Assembly (NCBI GenBank): GCA_963726955.1
Contig: CAVSEC010000016.1
Coordinates: 13,683-77,682 of the forward strand
Direction: 5' to 3'
DNA: 64,000 nucleotides
From: an uncultured Gemmatimonadales bacterium
Lineage (GTDB): Bacteria; Gemmatimonadota; Gemmatimonadetes; Gemmatimonadales; GWC2-71-9
In this document: piece after piece, positions 51,573 to 59,498 of the stretch
How positions within the stretch are numbered: the first letter of the stretch is position 1
Layout: each line of letters opens with the position of its first letter
Notes under the pieces: generated by a model
Databases searched by the model: none
Told to the model about the DNA's origin: nothing
Seen by the model: only the letters and a program-made list of their open reading frames with translations
Position numbers and translations under genes: made by a program

Positions 51573-52091
51573 TCAGAAGGTGTAACGGAGCAGGCCGGTG
51601 ATCGTCGCGAGGTGGTGATCGTCGTGCTCGGCGACAAAGAAGGCGTGATCCAGCAGTCGCATCGGGGTCTGCAGCCGCGGGTGCATGGCGCTTCGTTCCC
51701 AGTCGGCTTCATCCGCCCCCTCGAGCTGGGTCACCAGATCGAGCCGAGCCTCACGGAAGCGGGCGAGCAGCACGGCCAGGGCGGCCTGATTGTGGTTCGC
51801 CCCCCAGGTCTGTCGGTTCTCCAGGTCCGCCGGATGGAGCGAGGCACGCCCCACCGCGAGGTCCTCCGCCCGCGCCATCCACAGCGGTTCGAGATCACCG
51901 AGGTGACCGGCGTTCTCCTGGAGTGACCAGTGATCGCCGTGGCGAGCGGTGAGCTGCGCGGGGGTGAGGCCGCTGAGGCGGTGCTCCAGCCTGACGGGGG
52001 TGCCGCGCAGGCGCTCGATGATCCCCGGTGCAGCGGAGACCGGCAGGTCGAAGCTGAAGCGCCGCTCGAACCACGGCTTGCGCGGGATCAT
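51573..52091 (-). CDS. DinB-family protein
   Basis: WSLQENAGHLGDLE and AEHDDHHLATI, the histidine triad pattern of DinB-like four-helix bundles. Confidence 0.85.
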   Translation of the reverse strand: MIPRKPWFERRFSFDLPVSAAPGIIERLRGTPVRLEHRLSGLTPAQLTARHGDHWSLQENAGHLGDLEPLWMARAEDLAVGRASLHPADLENRQTWGANHNQAALAVLLARFREARLDLVTQLEGADEADWERSAMHPRLQTPMRLLDHAFFVAEHDDHHLATITGLLRYTF

Positions 52092-52093
52092 GG

Positions 52094-52810
52094 TCAGTAC
52101 AGCGTGCGGGCGTGCAAGGCAGCGGCCCGCAGGAACGCCCGCACCAGCGGCGGCAGCGCGCCGGTGAGCGCGGTGCGTTCGGGCTGGAACAGGGTGGCGA
52201 CGAAGAACGGGTGGCCATCCAGCTCCACGGCGCGGGTCTCTCCGGTCGCGTCGATCGCCGTCTGGCGCAGCGGGCCCGCGGTGAGCGCCTCGGCAAACGT
52301 CGGATTCAGTCCATAGCTGCAGTGATACCCCTCCTCCGCCTCCAGTCGTCCGTATGCCTCGGCCAGCCGGGAGCGGGGGGTGAACTGCACCAGGTTCGTC
52401 TCCTCGACCAGCGCGCAGACGAGCGGTGTCACCACCGCCCGTCCGGCGCCCGCCGCGGTCTCGGCGTGATCGGCATCCCGCCAGCCGAGGACGTTGCGAG
52501 CATATTCGACCAGGACGTGCTGAAATCCCCCGCAGGTGCCGAGGAAGGGACGCGGCGCCTCACGCGCAAAGCGGATCGCGCGGAGGGCGCCCTCCATGCT
52601 GCGATACGGGCTCGCGGGGACGCACCAGAGGCCGTCCATCGCGGCGAGCGAATGCCCGGCCTGGAGCTCCTCGGTGGGCAGCCACTCGATGTCGAGCGAG
52701 GTTCCCTCCTCCGCCTCCGCCAGCGCGAGCGCGAGGGGAATCGCCTGATGCGCGGTCACGGCCGGATCGTAGTCGCCGACCAGCCCGATCCGGAGAGGAT
52801 GTGGCATCAC
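52094..52810 (-). CDS. class I glutamine amidotransferase-like protein (CTP synthase C-terminal domain-like)
   Basis: FLGTCGGFQHVLVEYARNVLG nucleophile elbow, and the late HPFFVATLFQPE segment. Confidence 0.75.
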   Translation of the reverse strand: MMPHPLRIGLVGDYDPAVTAHQAIPLALALAEAEEGTSLDIEWLPTEELQAGHSLAAMDGLWCVPASPYRSMEGALRAIRFAREAPRPFLGTCGGFQHVLVEYARNVLGWRDADHAETAAGAGRAVVTPLVCALVEETNLVQFTPRSRLAEAYGRLEAEEGYHCSYGLNPTFAEALTAGPLRQTAIDATGETRAVELDGHPFFVATLFQPERTALTGALPPLVRAFLRAAALHARTLY

Positions 52811-52816
52811 GGCGCT

Positions 52817-53302
52817 TCAGCGCTCCGGCGCGGCAGGGTCGGCGAGCGTGGCGACCTGCGCCTCGTCGACAAAGATCAGGGCGGCGCCGTTGACACAGAA
52901 GCGGAGCCGGGTCGGAGGGGGGCCATCGTCGAACACGTGCCCGAGGTGCGCATCGCAGCGGGCACAGAGGATCTCGGTACGCACCATCCCGAACCCCACA
53001 TCCCGGTGCGTCGTCACATTCTCCGCCGCCACCGGCTGGAAGAAGCTCGGCCATCCGGTTCCGGACTCGAACTTGGCGCCCGAGGAGAAGAGCGGCAACC
53101 GGCAACAGACACAGGCGTAGGTGCCGTCGCGCTTGTTATCGAGCAGGGTGCCACAGAAGGCCCGTTCGGTTCCCTTCCCCCGGGCGATCTCGAACTGCTC
53201 CGGTGTGAGTTGCGCGCGCCACTCGGCGTCGCTCTTCTCGACCCGGGAGGTCTCCACCGGCCCGACCAGCGCGCCGACGCGGTTGATAAGTTTGACGAGC
53301 AT
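52817..53302 (-). CDS. msrB: peptide-methionine (R)-S-oxide reductase
   Basis: GTYACVCCRLPLFSSGAKFESGTGWPSF...EILCARCDAHLGHVFDDGP...RFCVNG. The ATG at 53302 was verified. Confidence 0.9.
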   Translation of the reverse strand: MLVKLINRVGALVGPVETSRVEKSDAEWRAQLTPEQFEIARGKGTERAFCGTLLDNKRDGTYACVCCRLPLFSSGAKFESGTGWPSFFQPVAAENVTTHRDVGFGMVRTEILCARCDAHLGHVFDDGPPPTRLRFCVNGAALIFVDEAQVATLADPAAPER

Positions 53303-53479
53303 CCTGGCCGGACAGCCGCGCAGAAGGGTGAGAGAGCCTCGAACCGCCAGCCCGGTAATTGGCAGCCCCCGCCCCGATGCGCAAGGGCCGCGGGCGGTTG
53401 TCGTCGACGCTAGCCGGATGGGCCGGGAGGAGCCATGTTCTCCGGCGATGTCCCCCCGTTCCCCCGCTTGGAGTGTCTC

Positions 53480-54649
53480 ATGTCCGTCTCCCGCCGCGAC
53501 TTCCTGAAACAGAGCGCCGCCGCCGGCCTGGTCGTCGGCTCCACGGCCGGCCCGGTCCCGATGGGGGCGCCGTGGGTCCGGCGTTCCACCGCGGCGGAGC
53601 CGGTGGTGATCTCGTCGATGAACGGCAACTGGTACAAGAATGGGGGGAAGGTCACCTGCGTCGAGCAGGCCTACAATCAGATGGTTCAGGGAGGCGACGT
53701 GCTCGATGCGCTGATCGCCGGGGTGAACATCACCGAACTCGATCCGGAGGAAGACTCGGTCGGCTACGGCGGCCTCCCCAACGCCGATGGCGTGGTGCAG
53801 CTCGACTCCTGCTGCATGCACGGACCCCAGCGGCGGGCCGGCGGCGTGGCGGCGCTTGAAGGGGTGCGCACGCCGTCGAAGGTCGCCCGACTGGTGATGG
53901 ACCAGACCGACCATCATCTGCTGGTCGGCGCGGGGGCGCAGGCCTTTGCGCGATCCTTCGGCGTACCGATCGAGGCGGACCTGAACACCGAACACTCCCG
54001 CAGGGCGTGGCTCGAGTGGAAGCGGAAATCGGATCCGGGCCACTACCTCGATCCCGAGAAGCGCTCGGAGCTGAACCGACGAGTCCTCGACTCACTGTAC
54101 CGGGATGGGCTGCTCAACTCCCGGGTGGTGCACGGCACGATCAACTGCGACGGCATCAATGCCAGGGGAGAGATCTGCGGCGTCACCACCACCAGCGGCC
54201 TCGCCTGGAAGATCCCCGGGCGGGTCGGCGACTCGCCGATACTCGGCGCCGGGCTCTACGTCGACGGCCAGATCGGTGCGGCGGGCTCGACCGGGCGGGG
54301 CGAGGCGAATCTCTACAACCTCTCCTCGTACCTGATCATCGAGAATCTCCGGCACGGCATGCATCCCAAGGACGCCGGCCTCGACGCCCTCAAGCGGGTT
54401 CGCTCCAACACCGTCGAGAAGCGGTTGCTGCACCCCAATGGCCTCCCCAAGTTCAGCCTCAGTTTCTATGTCCTGAATGCGAAGGGAGAATTCGCGGGCG
54501 TCTCGATGTACGGCGAAGACGACGACTACCAGGGGTGGGGCGAGAACACCGACCGCGGCTACATGAAGTACGCCGTCTGTGACCGCAGCGGGCCGCGCAC
54601 CCTGGCATGCGAACCGCTCCTCCCCGGTATCAATCGGGCCGACGGGTAG
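53480..54649 (+). CDS. Ntn-hydrolase of the asparaginase-2 / glycosylasparaginase family, Tat-exported
   Basis: MSVSRRDFLKQSAAAGLVVG twin-arginine signal. HGTINCDGI (autoprocessing Thr context) and TTTSGLAWKIPGRVGDSPILGAGLYVD are present. Confidence 0.85.
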   Translation: MSVSRRDFLKQSAAAGLVVGSTAGPVPMGAPWVRRSTAAEPVVISSMNGNWYKNGGKVTCVEQAYNQMVQGGDVLDALIAGVNITELDPEEDSVGYGGLPNADGVVQLDSCCMHGPQRRAGGVAALEGVRTPSKVARLVMDQTDHHLLVGAGAQAFARSFGVPIEADLNTEHSRRAWLEWKRKSDPGHYLDPEKRSELNRRVLDSLYRDGLLNSRVVHGTINCDGINARGEICGVTTTSGLAWKIPGRVGDSPILGAGLYVDGQIGAAGSTGRGEANLYNLSSYLIIENLRHGMHPKDAGLDALKRVRSNTVEKRLLHPNGLPKFSLSFYVLNAKGEFAGVSMYGEDDDYQGWGENTDRGYMKYAVCDRSGPRTLACEPLLPGINRADG

Positions 54650-54689
54650 CGCGCCACCCGACCGACGCACCCACGCCCAGCGGAGAGTC

Positions 54690-55806
54690 ATGCGCTACGT
54701 CCGGATGCCGATCGAGGTCGAATCCCCGGAGGAGACCGGCTACGATCGCGATCGCCTGCAATCTGGCCGAGAGCTCCATGCGCGACCGGGTGCTCGGCGA
54801 CCTCGGCCTCGACGTCGATCTCGGCAGGACGATCCTGCTCTACGGCGACCATCGCGGTCACCCCGCGCTGCGCGGCCCTGCTCGCCGACGAGGGGCGGCT
54901 GCTCGCCGCAGCAGGTGCTGCTGACGCCGGGCGCGGCGGGGGCGCTGTTCATCGTCTCCACGACCCTGCTCGCGCCGGGCGACCACCTGGTGGTGCTGCG
55001 CCCCAACTACGCCACCAACATCGAGACGCCGCGCGCCATCGGCTGCGACATCTCCTTCGTGGATCTGTCGTTCGAGCGCGGCTGGCGGTACACCGCCGCG
55101 ACATCGCCGCGGCGATGACGCCGAAGACCCGGCTGGTCAGCATCACCACGCCGCACAACCCCACCGGCACCGTGCTCGACGCCGGAAGAGCTCGACGCGC
55201 ATCGTCGAGCTGGTCGAGTCGCGCGGGGCGTACCTGCTCGTGGACGAGACCTATCGCGATCTCGCGACGGCCCCGGCCGCGGCCGTTCGCCACCGCGCTG
55301 AGCGAGCGGGTGATCAGCGTGGCCTCGCTCTCCAAGGCGTACGGGCTGCCCGGGCTCCGCGTGGGGTGGCTCATGACCCGCGACCGCACGCTCAACGAGC
55401 GCTTCCTCGCGGCCAAGGAGCAGATCTTCATCTGCGGCGCGGTGCTCGATGAGGAGATCGCCTATCGGGTGTACCGCGCGCCGCGACCGCGGAGCTGCCC
55501 GCGATCGCCGCCGAGGTGCGCGCGGGCGCCGGGTGGTGCGGGAGTGGATCGCGGGCGGAGCAGCGGATGGAGTGGGTGGAGCCGGCGGGGGGCGTGGTCG
55601 CCTTTCCGCGCATCCGCGCCGACGCCGGCGTCGATGTCGTCCGCTTCTACGAGACGCTGAACGGCGAGTACCGGACCTGGGTGGGCCCGGGTCACTGGTT
55701 CGAGCAGGACGACCGCTACATGCGCATCGGCTTCGGGTGGCCCGGCGGGGAGGAACTTCGCGCGGGGCTGGCCAACATCAGCGCCGCGCTCGATCGGAGC
55801 GGATGA
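54690..55806 (+). pseudogene. class I/II aminotransferase broken into at least 7 frame segments
   Basis: MRYVRMPIEVESP, CNLAESSMRD, VLLTPGAAGALFIVSTTLLAPGDHLVVLRPNYATN, TRLVSITTPHNPTG, LVDETYRDL, SVASLSKAYGLPGLRVGWL and WVEPAGGVVAFPRI...YMRIGFG are scattered over ORFs 54579..55118, 54607..54924, 55115..55660, 55240..55452, 55449..55949 and 55516..55806. Confidence 0.75.
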
Positions 55807-56418
55807 TCACGATGAGCGCGGCGTCTCCCGATGCCGTGTCAGGCGACCTTCGAGGTGCCGCCGCACATCGGGCCACTCCTCGGCAAGGATGCTGTAGATC
55901 ACCGAGTCCCGCACCGAGCCGTCCGGCCGCGCATGGTGATGCCGGATGACGCCGTCTTTCCTGGCGCCGAGGGCTTCGATCGCGCGCTGCGACGCGAAAT
56001 TGAAGTTGTCGGTGCGCAGCCCGACGACCTTGCAGCCGAGGCTGTCAAAGGCGTGCGCCAGCAGGAGTAGCTTGCAGATGGTGTTGACGTGGCTCCGCTG
56101 CCACGACCTGGCGTACCAGGTCCAGCCGATCTCCACCCGGTCCACCGCGACCAGGATGTCGTGGTAGCGGGTCGACCCCACGATGCTCCCGCCGTTCAGC
56201 TCCCGCACCGCCCACGGCAGCATGCTCCCCGTTCCCTGACCGGCCAGCGCGGTTGCGATGTACTCGCGCGTCTGCGCCGGCGCCGGCACCGAGGTGAACC
56301 AGAGTTCCCAGAGGCGGCCATCCGCCGCCGCGGCGGCGAGGCCGTCGTGATGTTCCGGGGTGAGCGGCTCGAGGCGGATGCCGTCGCGTTCAAGGGTGAC
56401 GGGGCGAAGGGTGATCAC
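55807..56418 (-). CDS. GNAT-family N-acetyltransferase (RimJ/RimL-like)
   Basis: ITLRPVTLERDGIRLEPL...VEIGWTWYARSWQRSHVNT...RTDNFNFASQRAIEALGA. Confidence 0.85.
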   Translation of the reverse strand: MITLRPVTLERDGIRLEPLTPEHHDGLAAAAADGRLWELWFTSVPAPAQTREYIATALAGQGTGSMLPWAVRELNGGSIVGSTRYHDILVAVDRVEIGWTWYARSWQRSHVNTICKLLLLAHAFDSLGCKVVGLRTDNFNFASQRAIEALGARKDGVIRHHHARPDGSVRDSVIYSILAEEWPDVRRHLEGRLTRHRETPRSS

Positions 56419-56455
56419 CCGAGGCTCCGGTCAGGAAGCGGGTCGCACCGCGGCA

Positions 56456-56779
56456 TCATGGATTCGGATGGGGAAGGTGCGGGCCGCTCCCGGGGGCATG
56501 GTCCCTCCGCCCGGCCTGGAATCGCCCGGCGGCGCGCGCCCGGCGCCGTGCCGCTTCCACCTCCCGGTTTTTCGGGGGCGTCGCGGTCACCAGGGCGGCG
56601 AGGAGGTGGTGGACGCTCGCCGACACCTCGATGACGGCCTGGTCGAACGCGACCGCATTCGCCGCGGAGGGTTTCGCGAAGCCGCACACCTTTCGCACAA
56701 ACTGGAGTGACGCGGCCCGGATCTCATCCTCCGTGACCGGAGGATCGAAGTGGTGCAGGGTGCGGATGTTGCGGCACAT
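56456..56779 (-). CDS. DUF2277-domain protein
   Basis: MCRNIRTLHHFDPPVTEDEIRAASLQFVRKVCGFAKPS is the highly conserved N-terminus of this family. Confidence 0.75.
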   Translation of the reverse strand: MCRNIRTLHHFDPPVTEDEIRAASLQFVRKVCGFAKPSAANAVAFDQAVIEVSASVHHLLAALVTATPPKNREVEAARRRARAAGRFQAGRRDHAPGSGPHLPHPNP

Positions 56780-56868
56780 GGGGGGAGCTCCGCGTCGAGG
56801 TTCTCACCGCGCCGAGAGGGGGGTGCGAGCGGCGGGCGGGACGGCCGACTGACTGGGGTGAGTGCCGC

Positions 56869-57633
56869 TCAGGCCACCAGGGTATCGATCAGGTCGATCA
56901 TGAACTCCGCGTCCTCCCCGGTCATCTCCTCCCACCCGTCGGCCAGATCGAGGTCCACGAGCAGCGCGCGGTCGCGCTCGCCCTCGCGCATGGCGAGCAG
57001 TCCCTGGCGGAGCGATCCGCTGAGCGGCAGCAGGCGCGGCCCCGCGAGGAGTGCGTGGCGGACCACCGAGATGCGGCTCTCCGCCAGCACCCGGAGCTGG
57101 TCCCGGATCATCGGGGAGAGGTGCACATAGCTCCGCGCAAGCAGGAACCCCACCTCCACCTCACCCGACAGCACCCCCCGCGTGACGCGAACGTAGTTGT
57201 CGAAGCACTGGGTGTGGATGAGCGCCGGCTCGGTGATCACCGGCTCGAGCATCACCCGGCAGATCGCCTCCACCTCCGGCGCCTGGGTGGCGCCGGCCAG
57301 CACCCCGCCGCTCAACTGCTCCAGCTCGGTCAGGTCGGAAGCGCGGGCGCTCACGATCACCGCCTCGTCGGGCCGATTGGTGGGGCGCACCAACGGCGCG
57401 AAGCCCCGTTCCCGGACCAGGAGTGCGGTGTCGAAGGCGTTGGCGTAGATCAGGTCCAGCTCGTCCCGGGTCGCGGCGGCCCGGAGCGTCGCGAAGTCGC
57501 TGTGCAGGTCGAGGTGCATCCGGAGACCGCTCATCCGCTGCAGGCGGGTGTTCAGCACGAACCAGGGAGAAAGCTCGCGGGCGTTGAAGTCCGGACTGAC
57601 CGCGAAGTGCAACCGCTCAGCCGTGACGGACAC
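56869..57633 (-). CDS. PhnD/SsuA-like periplasmic-binding-fold protein without a signal peptide
   Basis: The GTG at 57633 overlaps the last 17 nt of the PAS gene. LHFAVSPDF...DLIYANAFDTALLVRERGFAPLVRP...VIVSARASD follows the Phosphonate-bd pattern. There is no hydrophobic N-terminus. Confidence 0.65.
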   Translation of the reverse strand: MSVTAERLHFAVSPDFNARELSPWFVLNTRLQRMSGLRMHLDLHSDFATLRAAATRDELDLIYANAFDTALLVRERGFAPLVRPTNRPDEAVIVSARASDLTELEQLSGGVLAGATQAPEVEAICRVMLEPVITEPALIHTQCFDNYVRVTRGVLSGEVEVGFLLARSYVHLSPMIRDQLRVLAESRISVVRHALLAGPRLLPLSGSLRQGLLAMREGERDRALLVDLDLADGWEEMTGEDAEFMIDLIDTLVA

Positions 57634-58116
57634 CGACCACCTCCTGCGGGTGGCTGGCATAGAGCGCGGCGCAGGACTCCACCTTGCTCCGGGCCGGTTC
57701 GCGGCGGACGGAGGTGTACCCCACGAGCTGGCCATGGCGAATGTTCGCGACGACCGTCGCATAGACCCAGTAGAAGCCGCCGTCCCGGCGCAGGTTCTTC
57801 ACGTAGCCGTGCCAGCGCTCGCCCCGCGCGAGCGTCTCCCAGAGGTCCTTGAACGCCCACGCCGGCATGTCCGGATGCCGGAGGATGTGGTGCGGTTCGC
57901 CTAGGAGCTCCGCCCGGGAGTAGCCCGACATGTGGACGAACGCATCATTGCAGTCGGTGATGATGCCCACCGGGTCGGTGCGGGAGACGATGATCTCCCC
58001 CGGGGGAATGGGGTCTCGATGTCGGTGGTGATGACGCACCGGGAGGTGCCGTCATGAAAGGTGAGAGTGCGTGCCTGCCCCGCGGCCGGCACGTCCTCCT
58101 CGGTGATGTCGCGCAT
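57617..58116 (-). CDS. stand-alone Aer-type PAS-domain protein (one frameshift in a C-run near 58010)
   Basis: IIVSRTDPVGIITDCNDAFVHMSGYSRAELLGEPHHILRHPDMPAWAFKDLWETLARGERWHGYVKNLRRDGGFYWVYA closely follows the E. coli Aer N-terminal PAS pattern. The likely start MRDITEEDV at 58116 (ORF 57901..58116) joins if one C is added to the run. Confidence 0.8.
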
Positions 58117-58153
58117 CTGGATTGGAGCCTCGCTCGACGGGAAGGGCGCCGGC

Positions 58154-58615
58154 CTACAGGACGCGTGCCAACTCCTGCGTCGCCCGCTTCAGTTCGAGCA
58201 GAATGAGGCCCAGCTTGGCCTCCGCACCCACGATCACCTGGAGCAGCACATCCTCTTTCACCCGCTGCACCAGCACCAGGCCCGCGGTGCCCCGGACGTA
58301 GACCTGCTGCACTTCGCCGCGTCGCAGATCGGCCGCCATCCCCTCCCCGAAGCTGAGCAGCGCCGCGGCCATCGCCGCGACCCGGTCCTCGTCGGTGCCC
58401 TGGGGAAAGACCGTCACAACCGGCAGGCCATCGGAGGTCACGACCGCACTTCCTTCGATCGCCCCGGTGTTGTTCATCAGGGTGCGGAGCGCCCGCCGCG
58501 CCTCCTCAATGACCGACGCGGAGGCGCTATCGCCCGGCTCCGCGGCCCACATCATCGGCTGGGTCCGCTGGGCGGAACCCGAGGGTGCTTTCAACGGGAT
58601 TTGGTGGAGCGGCAT
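58154..58615 (-). CDS. Roadblock/LC7 (MglB-like) domain protein, copy 2
   Basis: LRTLMNNTGAIEGSAVVTSDGLPVVTVFPQGTDEDRVAAMAAALLSFGEG...VYVRGTAGLVLVQRV.EDVLLQVIVGAEAKLGLI. The start is uncertain: 58615 was chosen and the ORF opens at 58684. Confidence 0.8.
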   Translation of the reverse strand: MPLHQIPLKAPSGSAQRTQPMMWAAEPGDSASASVIEEARRALRTLMNNTGAIEGSAVVTSDGLPVVTVFPQGTDEDRVAAMAAALLSFGEGMAADLRRGEVQQVYVRGTAGLVLVQRVKEDVLLQVIVGAEAKLGLILLELKRATQELARVL

Positions 58616-58712
58616 GAGGGGCTCGTGGTTTGGGAAACGTCCAGACCGAGGGTAACGAATGCCACGAAAAAGTCGATTCCGCAAGATGGCCCGCCCCTAT
58701 GCGAGCTCCGCA

Positions 58713-58728
58713 GAAACGTTTCATGAAA
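58713..58728. promoter_or_regulatory. two overlapping perfect 10-nt palindromes (GAAACGTTTC / TTTCATGAAA) in the AT-richer spacer between the Roadblock genes
   Basis: Read directly: 58713..58722 and 58719..58728. The surrounding spacer 58616..58739 is about 56 percent G+C by hand count, clearly below the flanking coding DNA. Confidence 0.3.
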
Positions 58729-58776
58729 TCGTGGCGTTGCTGGATTGGAGCCTCGCTCGACAGTCAGGGTACCGAC

Positions 58777-59235
58777 TTACAGGACGCGTGCCAACTCCTG
58801 CGTCGCCCGCTTCAGTTCGAGCAGGATGAGGCCCAGCTTGGCCTCGGCGCCCACGATGACCTGGAGCAGCACATCCTCCTTCACCCGCTGCACCAGCACC
58901 AGGCCAGCCGCACCCTTGACGTAGACCTGCTGCACCTCGCCCCGGCGCAGATCGACTGCCATCCCCTCGCCGAAGCTGAGCAGCGCCGCAGCCATCGCCG
59001 CGACCCGGTCCTCGTCGGTGCCCTGGGGAAAGACCGTCACAACCGGCAGGCCGTCGGACGTCACGACCGCACAACCCTCGACCGCCCCGGTGTTGTTCAT
59101 CAGGGTGCGGAGGACCCGTCTCGCCTCCTCATTGACCGACGAGTTGCTGGCGGCGTGCTTGTCGAGCGCCCAGGCCAGGGTGGGAATTCGCGGAATGGGG
59201 GTGAAGGGCGCTTTCGCGGGAGGCGGGGTCGGCAT
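58777..59235 (-). CDS. Roadblock/LC7 (MglB-like) domain protein, copy 1
   Basis: The core is nearly identical to copy 2 (LRTLMNNTGAVEGCAVVTSDGLPVVTVFPQGTDEDRVAAMAAALLSFGEG...). It has a Pro-rich divergent N-terminus beginning MPTPPPAKAPF. Confidence 0.8.
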   Translation of the reverse strand: MPTPPPAKAPFTPIPRIPTLAWALDKHAASNSSVNEEARRVLRTLMNNTGAVEGCAVVTSDGLPVVTVFPQGTDEDRVAAMAAALLSFGEGMAVDLRRGEVQQVYVKGAAGLVLVQRVKEDVLLQVIVGAEAKLGLILLELKRATQELARVL

Positions 59236-59498
59236 TGCAGACTCGGGGTGTGGGGGAACAGCTATCAAAGCAGGGGGCGTGCCTGCTCAACGGCGAAAAC
59301 CTCAAGTGCAGGAATGACAACAGGATACCCGCGACGTTTCTGGGTGCGGTCGCGACCGGCGACCGGCAGGGTGCCGCGGAATGCGCGGTTGCCTCACACA
59401 CCACATGTATCGCTACGATCTGCGTCAACAAAGTGATCACCCGCAGGAATCGAGCAGCGCCCGGAGGTGCGGATGCAGCAGGCCGGCCATGATCTCGC

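Larger units (their letters stand above)
58117..59141. repeat. tandem duplication: 402-nt blocks 58117..58518 and 58740..59141, period exactly 623 nt
   Basis: Hand alignment shows no gaps and about 36 mismatches in 402 positions. It includes an identical 22-mer, CTGGATTGGAGCCTCGCTCGAC, downstream of both stop codons. Confidence 0.85.

Noticed and set aside
55807-56779. The DUF2277 gene followed by a GNAT acetyltransferase as a possible TacT/AtaT-like toxin-antitoxin pair
   Set aside because: The GNAT is a 203-aa RimJ/RimL-type enzyme, not the compact toxin type. DUF2277 has no RHH or DUF1778 features. A 37-nt gap and ordinary housekeeping-like sequences argue against a TA module.
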